DNA from: Octopus vulgaris
Taxonomy: Eukaryota
Direction of reading: 5' to 3'
Assembly (NCBI GenBank): GCA_951406725.2
Contig: OX597832.1
Span: 60,822,001 to 60,886,000 of the forward strand
DNA length: 64,000 nt
The translations under genes and the position numbers were made by a program. Shown here in pieces: positions 52,302-64,000 of this stretch. Position 1 is the first letter of the stretch. Each line of letters begins with the position of its first letter. Under the pieces are notes generated by a model. The model had not been told where the DNA came from. It made no database searches and was given only the letters and a program-made list of their open reading frames with translations.

Positions 52302-52861
52302 TGACAGGAGGACAGTTACAAACACAACATAATGAATTGTAACTTTCACTTTCAGCATTCCTTGCCCATTGGCCACTGCAAAGCATAGTAAACCTCCAAA
52401 TGTTGTATGCATATATATGTATACACCATTAGTAAATGCATATACAATTAATAAATGCATGTGCTTGTGTATATCCATGCCTGTAAGCATGTGTTTGTGT
52501 GTATGCACATGTGGGAGGGTATGTTTTTTCCTTACACAAAAAACATGCATTCGATAAAAATGTAACTTTTAATCTGGTAATAGAGCTGTCGTATGCAGCA
52601 TTAAATCTTATGTGTAATTCTCTAATAGATTGGTGCCAAGTTGCTATAAATCTTGGAGTAAATATGTCCAAGAACCTGACGATGAATCAAAGCAGACAGC
52701 AAAAAAAATGAAGAAAGCCATGTCTCTTCAGAGACGGCACGGAAAATACATATTCAGGCATACAGATTTGTGTGTGTATATGTGTGTGAATGTATATGTG
52801 TATGACTGATCGAAGTAAAAGAATAAAGAATACACACACACATCTATGTATATATATATGA

Positions 52862-52899
<38 letters not shown>

Positions 52900-52977
52900 G
52901 TATATATATATATATATGTATATATATAGATAGATAAATATCTGTATACACATACATATATATAGTAATAGATATAT

Positions 52978-53028
<51 letters not shown>

Positions 53029-53233
53029 TAGGTACACACACACACATAAGCCCATATAAATGCATAAATAGTGTTGAAAGGGTGTATAAGGAAGTTAGTT
53101 CCTGAGAGGAATATGGTCTGTAATAGAAAGGAAGATTTATTTTTTACCATTTTATTTCATTTGGTTGAAAAAAAATGTTCTTGATATGCAAAGAAAGTTT
53201 TTTAACCACTCCTATTGATACGTATACCAATAC

Positions 53234-53269
<36 letters not shown>

Positions 53270-53789
53270 CACATCCATCCATACATACACACAAACAAAT
53301 ACAAGTATACATTTATATACACTTTCTCATGTCCAGCCTGTGGATCTTTCTGTGAATTGATGGTTGGATTACAGTCTCAAGGCAGGCATAAACATTAGAG
53401 CTGAAATATTGTATTTAAATATTGCAAGGTAGCCTTTGCCTGCCTCAGAAATACCTCTTGAATAGACAAAGGGTTTTTAAAACTTTTTGCCTCCCTTTTC
53501 CATCTTTCTCTTCTTTTCTTGCTTCGTCAGTTACTTGGCAACCTCACTTGAGCTGTTGGCATGGAAATTGCACCTAGTATACTCTGTAAAATGAATGGTG
53601 TTGGGAAAGCCATCCAGCCATATAAACCTTACCAAAAGTAAAGCTGGAGCTTGATACAAATTTGTTGCTTGCTGGATTCTGTTAAACCATCCAACCCATG
53701 CCAGCATGGAAAATCGATCTTAATAAAGTGACTGAAGGTTCCAGAATTTTGTGACTTGGACCTTGAATCACTCTGTTACTTCGGCCAAA

Positions 53790-53865
<76 letters not shown>

Positions 53866-53892
53866 TATATTATATATATATATATATATATA

Positions 53893-54350
53893 TCATCATC
53901 ATCATTATAGTTTAACGTCCGTTTTCCATGCTAGCATGGGTTGGACGGTTCAACTGGGGTCTGGCAAGCCCGGAGGCTGCACCAGGCCAGTCAGATCTGG
54001 CAGTGTTTCTACAGCTGGATGCCCTTCCTAATGCCAACCACTCCGAGAGAGTGTAGTGGGTGATTTTATGTGCCACCGACACAGGTGCCAGACGAGGCTG
54101 GCAGACGGCCACGCTCGGATGGTGTTTTTTATGTGCCACCGACACAGGTGCCAGACGAGGCTGGCAGACGGCTACGCTCGGATGGTGTTTTCTTATGTGC
54201 CACCGACACAGGTGCCAGACGAGGCTGGCGAACAGCCACGCTCGGATGGTGTTTGTTACGTGCCCTCAGCACGGAGGCCAGTCGATGTGGTACTGGCTAC
54301 GGTCACGTTCGGATGGTTTTCTTATGTGCCACCGGCACTGGTACCACAAG
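53893..54350 (-). mobile_element. Family C retroposon with an internal ~63-66-bp tandem array
   Basis: AYGTGCC units start at 54068, 54131, 54195, 54258 and 54324. Confidence 0.8.
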
Positions 54351-54601
54351 GATACGTATATATATATGTATATATATTTATGCGTATATATATATATATA
54401 TATATATGTACATGTATATATATGTATATATATATATATATGCATATGTATGTGTTTGTATATATATGTATATGTATATATAAATATATATGGTTATATA
54501 TATATACATATATATATATATATGTATATATATATGTATATATATATATGTATGTGTATATATATGTATATGTATACATGTATATATATGTATATATATG
54601 T

Positions 54602-54665
<64 letters not shown>

Positions 54666-54969
54666 GTATACGTATGTATATATATGTATGTGTATATATG
54701 TGTGTGTGTATATATATATATATATACATATAGATAGATCACCATCATCATCATCATCATCATCATCACCATCCTCATCATTAAGGTGCTTGATGTTAGG
54801 AAGGGCATCCAGCTGTGAAAGCCATGCCAAAGCTGACAGTGAAGCTTGGTGCAGCTTTCCTGCCTTGCCAGGTCCTGTCAAACCGTCTGACCCATACCAG
54901 CTAGGAAAACGGACGTTAAATGAAAATGATAATGATGATGATGATGAATATACACACGGACACACACAC

Positions 54970-55025
<56 letters not shown>

Positions 55026-55375
55026 ATGTATGTATATATATGTACATACATATGAATGGCTTTTTTATCAATTATGATGCCAAATAACAATAGTTTAACC
55101 AACATATTCTTCCAAACGTCACAGCATTTACCATAATAATACAGAGTCACATGCAGCTTGATGCCTTAATAAATTCCTTGGTCACATCTGTTCCAAGAAT
55201 AGAATGTATCAGGTTTTTGGTTGAAAGAAATCTAAAACTATTGTTCAAGAACACATTTTTGTTTCGCTCTGTCTTTTGTTCGGAGTAGAGCAATTCTTTT
55301 TTTTTCTCTCGGAAACTCACACACATATACAAACATACAACCCCCCCTACACACACATAGAAACATATGTGCATC

Positions 55376-55384
55376 AACATCATT

Positions 55385-55432
<48 letters not shown>

Positions 55433-55676
55433 GTCATCATCATCACCACCATCATCATCATTGCTATCATCCTTCTCATCATCGTCATCGTTATTATCAT
55501 CCTCATCATTATCATCGTCATCTTCATTGTTGTCGTCATTGTCATCGTCATCATCATCATTGCCATCATCAATGTCATCATCGTCATCATCGCCATCATC
55601 AATGTCATCATCGTCATCATCGTCATCACCATCATCATCATCATCATCATCATCATTATCATCAATATCGTCATCG

Positions 55677-55726
<50 letters not shown>
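55376..55726. repeat. (CAT)n microsatellite
   Basis: Directly visible. Confidence 0.95.
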
Positions 55727-55727
<1 letters not shown>

Positions 55728-56175
55728 GGTGGGTGTGATGGTTGGATGCCAGATGCTGGGGCAGGCGGGAGTGCGACATAAGAATAAGTCCTGGGTGTTT
55801 TGTAATTGAGATAAAAGGCTACCCAGCATCTTACCCTGCATTATGAAAGGGTGGATGAGAATTGCCGGCAATCCAGAAAGAAGACAGAAGTGGCGGTGAG
55901 ATGCTGGAGCATTTAGAAACACAAAACGGGAGCAGGAGATGATGCAGACAGTTAATTGGGAGGGGAAGGGCAAGAAGGAGTGGGGGTAAGCTTCATAAGA
56001 CAGAGGGGAGAGTTGGTTAGCGATAAGGGTAGAGGGGAAAGTAGGGAGCTTTGGTGAGAGAGATAAGGGTGTTTCAGGTGGGTGGTTGTGTTATGTGGGG
56101 TATGAAGATAGATATGGGAGGGCATAGAGAATGATAGCAGATAAAAAAGGTGTTAAGAATGGAGTGTGACAGAGG

Positions 56176-56283
<108 letters not shown>

Positions 56284-56634
56284 CAATAGCTGAATGCATT
56301 GAAAAGGGGTTTGCTGGTGGAATTCCTAAGGGCAGAGATGATAATGAGAAATTGGAAGTGGTTTCAGGGAAACAAGAAAAAGGAAGATAACCAGAAGGGA
56401 GTAGATGGAACATGCACCTGTTCTGCTCTCAGGTGATTACAACAGGTAAGTTGTAGCATCGAGAAGGAAAGTGATGGATGTTGGGGAATGAGGGGGTAAA
56501 TTATTAATAGTGAAGAGAGAGCAGAAAGAGGCAGGCCCTGCTCTACCACAAATACACAATCATAGCCAAGTTGCTTTTAGGTTAAATGCATACATGCATA
56601 CATACAAACACACATACATACATAAATACATACA

Positions 56635-56708
<74 letters not shown>

Positions 56709-56709
<1 letters not shown>

Positions 56710-57216
56710 TAGCAGTATCGCCCGGTGTTGCTCGGGTTTGTAAGGGAAATAACTATATAAGCATTTTTAGTGAGTTATAGCAAAAAAAAATAGCAAAAAA
56801 ATGCATTAAAAATGGAATAAAAAATTATGGTAATTTTTTTTAAATCGTTGACTCATCGTAGACATTTTTAGAGAGTTACTTCCCTTATATAATAGCGAAA
56901 AAATGCATCAAAATGGAAAAAATGATGATAATGTTTTTAAAAAATCGTAGACTCATCGTAGACGCGCGCTAATACCCAGAAGGGTTCGATATGAATCACG
57001 ACTATAAGATACCCGGTTTTGGTTAAACTGCACTGCAAAATGTGGGAGTAGTTAGGAATCTAAATCGTAGGAGACAGACACACAACTTCACTTTTATATA
57101 TAAAGATTTGTGCAACAACTAAAATTGGTTAAACTGCACCGCAAAATGTGGGAGTAGTTAGGAATCTAAATCGTAGGAAACAGACACTCACACAACTTCA
57201 CTTTTATATATAAAGA
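56709..57216 (-). mobile_element. Non-autonomous Helitron with a duplicated 5' end
   Basis: Minus strand A|TCTTTATATATAAAAGTGAAG at 57216 and again at 57106; 3' hairpin CCCGAGCAACACCGGG followed by CTAG|T at 56709. Confidence 0.8.
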
Positions 57217-57404
57217 TAATGCACTCAGCAATTTTAAAAAAATAACGTTGCTCGTATATACGTCAGATCCTAGATATGTTTTTATGTGAATTATTTAAGC
57301 AACATTATTTTTTTTTAAATTGCTGAGTGCATAATATATTACTCTACCTCTGGTATTTGAGTACTCTTTTCTCCACCTTGTTTCACGTTTATGTGCTTAC
57401 TCCA

Positions 57405-57439
<35 letters not shown>

Positions 57440-57676
57440 AGCTTTTTGGGGTTACACCGAACTGTGCCGATATAAAGTAGGATAAACTTAGTAAAAATAA
57501 TAATCCTTGGATGGGATTTATTATAAATTCCATGCAAGAATTATTGTTGTTACGATATATATATATATAAAGTTAATCCAAACATGAAAACACAAAGAGA
57601 AAACAGAACAACGCGAGGACGTGGAACAAATATAGTATTATTGGACGTTCAGGAAGGAAGGAAGGGAAGAAGGAGG

Positions 57677-57711
57677 GTTTAACGTTTCGAGCGGAGCTCT
57701 TCGTCAGAAAC
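57677..57711 (-). ncRNA. Minimal hammerhead motif in a Penelope-LTR-like repeat (57573-57790)
   Basis: GUUU-CUGACGA-A-GAGC(ucc)GCUC-GAAA-CG-UU-AAAC. Confidence 0.7.
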
Positions 57712-57868
57712 ATAGTAGAAGGAAAGATCCAGAGAAGAGAAGACGGAGGGGAAAAAATCACCAACGGTACACACGCGGTCAGATTTTGAATATATATATG
57801 TTGAATCGCTAGCTTCTGCACGCATTTTTTTTCTCTCCTTGTTTCTCTCCGTGTTTCTTTTCTGTGTA

Positions 57869-57906
57869 TCTTTCTGTTGAAGAGCGTAGGCACGAAACGT
57901 AAAAGA
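57869..57906 (+). ncRNA. Variant hammerhead motif in a related repeat (57810-57990)
   Basis: UCUUU-CUGUUGA-A-GAGC(guag)GCAC-GAAA-CG-UA-AAAGA; non-canonical core. Confidence 0.45.
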
Positions 57907-57989
57907 CTTGTTTTATTTATATTCCTGAGCGACATACTAATACAATTGTTTGTTTGTACTCCACCTGCCTTCGTCTTTTGTTTATTTTC

Positions 57990-58021
<32 letters not shown>

Positions 58022-58292
58022 TGAGGCATACATACGCTTATATATATATATACATATATATGTATATATATATACTTAATGTAGGATAAAATTTATTTCG
58101 AAAAAAAATTTTTATCAATGGCCAGCATATTAAAAAATACCTTTAAAGGTTAAATTTATAAACAATTTACAAATGAAGGCAAACGAAATCAATTTCTAAT
58201 GCCATATGCCGAAAATTAGACATATTATAATTTTTAACAGAACGCACGCTACTCCAAAAATGATCGGTAGATATTTCTAAAAAATTCCATTA

Positions 58293-58352
58293 TTACCATA
58301 TCGGACCGATTTCAGGGTTAGCTCGTAAGAGCCCTTCCGTCGTCAGTGATAA
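58293..58352 (-). ncRNA. Hammerhead motif in the 3' region of a Penelope-like element
   Basis: UUAUCA-CUGACGA-cgga-AGGGCUC(uuac)GAGC-uaa-CCCU-GAAA-UCGG(u)CCGA-UA-UGGUAA. Confidence 0.6.
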
Positions 58353-58784
58353 ATAAATGAGATACTTATGAGTAAGTATCTCATTTATTTCTTTGCCATA
58401 TCTATATATGTATATAAAATAGAAGCAGGAAAATGCACACGGTGTACATATTTCTAAATATATTTTATAAGTGAAAGAGTATTGTGTTTGTCGACCGGTT
58501 TCTCTTTGGTTCAACATAACATTGAAATTATTGTAATTTCGTATTTTAGTCCATGTTGTGCATTGGAGTTTGTGAATCAAATGAATCAGGAAGTAGAAAA
58601 ATCTAAGAGAGGATAATTGGTGATCGTTATTATTCGGTACAGGGGAGGTAATAGCTTATATTTTGGGAAGCGGGTAAATAAATATACAAAAAACTCAAAA
58701 GCTAAAGTAGTGAGATGAAAGTTTTACCATGATGGGTATGTGAACAAGTATCAAAATATATGCTTAGAAAAAAGTTGGTTATGC

Positions 58785-59665
58785 ATTCATATTTAGGCAT
58801 GTTCTGTATTTTTCAATAAATAAATTTTCTTTATTAAATGTCCTTGTACAGAAATTGTTTCATTGCACTGGTAGTTAGGGATAACTGTGAAGTTTGGTTG
58901 AATATTACCTGCACATCTCTCTATGTGTTCCCTCAACGGAATATGTCTGTACTATGGGAAACAGATCTGCTCCTTATGTAGTGTAGTTCTCCGTCTAAAT
59001 GCCATACTTGTCTGTCCTGTATACTTATGACCACAACCTAGACAAGATGTAGCATAAATTAGATTCTCGGAGGCACAAGTGAAGTTGGTTTAATTGTGAA
59101 CCTCTCTCCTTGTTTGAATAGTAACTCCGAGCCTTCCAACAGGTTGGGGCATGTTCCACAGATTAGACGTCCACATTTTTTAACCATTGGTTTCGTGGTT
59201 GTTGTGTAAAGCTTCGCTTTTGTCAGAAGTAGTTTCAGCGATTTCTGCTGCTTCTAGCATTTGATGAATTTATGCGTATTTTCAGAATGTTGTTCATTTT
59301 TGGATCCCTAGTGAGCGTACGTAGATTTTGTACAATAGTGTTGTTCGTCTCATTGTTCCTAGAGTTGTGAGTTGATATATACGGTAGTGTTTTAAGATGT
59401 GGTGTGGTGTTACGTTTTGTTGTTCTTAGTGTTTTAATGTCTAATTTCTTAGCCCGCTTAATTCCATCGAGGGTGGGTATTGTTAGTGTTGTTCAGAGGT
59501 CTTGAAGACATAGGTCCTTGGTATTTCGAACAGACACTATTATGCAAATCCTTTTTTACTAAATTAAAGGGAGTATTTCTTTTGGTGTGTTTCGGGTAGC
59601 GTGAGCTAAAAAGATATTGTTTCAAGTCCGTTGGTTTTCGATAAATGTTAGTTACAATTTGGTAG
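58785..59665 (-). pseudogene. Penelope-like element remnant (RT thumb, linker, GIY-YIG)
   Basis: IVTNIYRKPTDLKQYLFSSRYPKHTKRNTPFNL; VKKCGRLICGTCPNLLEGSE; NFTCASENLIYATSCLGCGHKYTGQT...RTTLHKEQI; stops and frameshifts present. Confidence 0.85.
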
Positions 59666-59666
59666 T

Positions 59667-60104
59667 TGATGATGATGATGTTGATAGTGTTGCTGACGAG
59701 GATCGTGATGATGACACTGATGATGGTGATGGTGGTGATGAAGATGATGATGATGATAATGGTAATTATGATGATAGTGACGATGAGGAAGATTGTGATG
59801 ATGATGGTGGTGGGGATGATGGTGATGATGATGATGATGATGATGATGATTGTGATGATGATAGTGATGATGATAGTGATGATGATGACGATGACGATGA
59901 CGATGATGATAGTGGTGATGATGATGATGATGATGATGATAATGGTGATGATAATGATGGTGTCGATGATGAAGATTGTGATGATGATGAAGATGATGAT
60001 GGTGATGATGACGATGACGATGATGATAGTGGTGGTGGTGGTGGTGGTGGTGGGGATGATGGTGATGATGATGGTGATGATGGTGATAATGATGTTGACG
60101 ATGA
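59667..60104. repeat. (GAT)n-based microsatellite
   Basis: Directly visible. Confidence 0.95.
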
Positions 60105-60589
60105 TTAGTCTCATAATGATAATTATATGATGTTGATGCTGAAGTTGACAAGAATGATGAAGATATTTATGATGCAAATAAAGATGCTGCTGCAACCAGA
60201 GCTGCTGGTTGATGATGATGATGATGATGATGAAGGCCGTGACAGGAGTGCTGACAGTTGCAACAACTACAATAAGAACAGGAGTGATGAGGGTGGTAAC
60301 GATGACAGGGTGCAGGAGAGAGAAAAAGAAAGGTGTGGAGAGGAAGAAAAGGACGAGGAGAAAGTGTAAGAGGAGAAGGAAGAAGATGAAGAAGAAAGTG
60401 AAAGGAACAGACGAAACCGAAAGTGGGGAGAAAGAGGGGACAAATAAATAACAAAATAAAAAAATTAGTGGTAGTGGTGGTGGTGGTGGTGACGGTGGTG
60501 ATGTTGGTGATGTTGGTGGTGGTGGTGGTGGTGATGGTGGTGATGGTGGATATATTGATGAGGTGAAGTTTAACAAAATGTAGTGACAC

Positions 60590-62959
<2,370 letters not shown>

Positions 62960-63292
62960 GAAAAAATAAGCCAAGATAGAAAATGTTAAAAAATAATTTT
63001 ATAAAACACATTTCAGTACCGGTTTCAGTCATTGTGACTTTTTCAACTGTAAGTATGGAAAACAATTAAATTTGGAAAAATTAAAAGAAAAGTTTAAAAA
63101 AAAAATATTTGTATAGTGTTCAAATACAAGTGGCATATATGTATGTATATATGTATGTGTGTATATGTGGTTAGAATATGAGTTTTTATTTTCGTTTTCT
63201 TCAATGCTGGATTTATCTTTTCGTTTGGCATTTCTCTCTCTTCACTATCACCCCAGGTAGAATTCAATTTTTCTATCACCTGTGGATATGTT

Positions 63293-63309
63293 CATCATCG
63301 TCATCATCG

Positions 63310-63343
<34 letters not shown>

Positions 63344-63624
63344 AAACATCGTCGTAGTCGTCATCATCGTCATAGTCGTCATCATCATTGTCATCATCAT
63401 CATCACCACCATCACTATCATCATCAATATCGTCATCGTCATCATCGTCATCATCATCATCATCATCATAATCATCGTCATTGTCGTCGTCGTCATCATC
63501 ATCATCATCATCATCATCATCAATATCGTCGTCGTCATCGTCATCATCGTCACAGTCATCATCATCATTGTCATCATCATCATCATCATCACCATCATCA
63601 CTATCATCATCATCAATATCGTCA
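63293..63624. repeat. (CAT/CGT)n microsatellite
   Basis: Directly visible. Confidence 0.95.
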
Positions 63625-64000
63625 TGAATTTTCCATGTCCTAGCAATGACTTTAAACCGCATCCGATAGTGGGACCCTAGTATGGGGCTTCTTGGATTTT
63701 GAGGAGTGTGGAACCACCTCTCCGCCACTGTTTATTCCCAAGTATACTCTGATCTGGATTAGCAGCACCTCTCAGGGTCTCAGCTATGAGTCAAATAACG
63801 TCTAAATTGAGGTATACTTTGGACCAAAACACTGGCGACCCACCTAGCAAGGCCTAGTACTCAGTAATCCCCTGAGCAATTTGGACAGATGAACTTACCG
63901 AGACAGTGGCGAACATCGTTAGATGCCGAATGGACGAAGAGACAACAAGCTATCAATAACCAGGACCAACCAGTTCAGTTAGCGAACAGCTGTTACCATA

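Overview
Eukaryotic, AT-rich, gene-poor DNA saturated with microsatellites ((TA)n, (CA)n, (GATA)n, (TAA)n, (GAT)n) and interspersed repeats. The repeat complement looks like an Octopus-type (coleoid cephalopod) genome; this is an inference from repeat style, not a database match. I can support no intact host protein-coding gene, and almost every ORF in the supplied track is translated microsatellite. Recognisable content: dozens of SINE copies from at least five families; three R4/Dong-like retrotransposon 3' fragments (CCHC + restriction-like endonuclease) tied to (TAA)n; one CRE-like and one probable L1/Tx1-like fragment; two Penelope-like GIY-YIG remnants; a Helitron, a Helentron/HINE-like piece and several MITEs. 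The most notable signals are (i) about a dozen minimal hammerhead-ribozyme motifs from several distinct Penelope-LTR-like families, including a perfect 158-bp palindrome carrying two back-to-back ribozymes, (ii) many local inverted duplications that could form dsRNA, and (iii) a pre-miRNA-like hairpin doubling as an ETS/E-box/ETS cassette in unique sequence near 21 kb. All structures were read by eye. Repeat boundaries are approximate (about 10-20 bp) unless a terminus is quoted.
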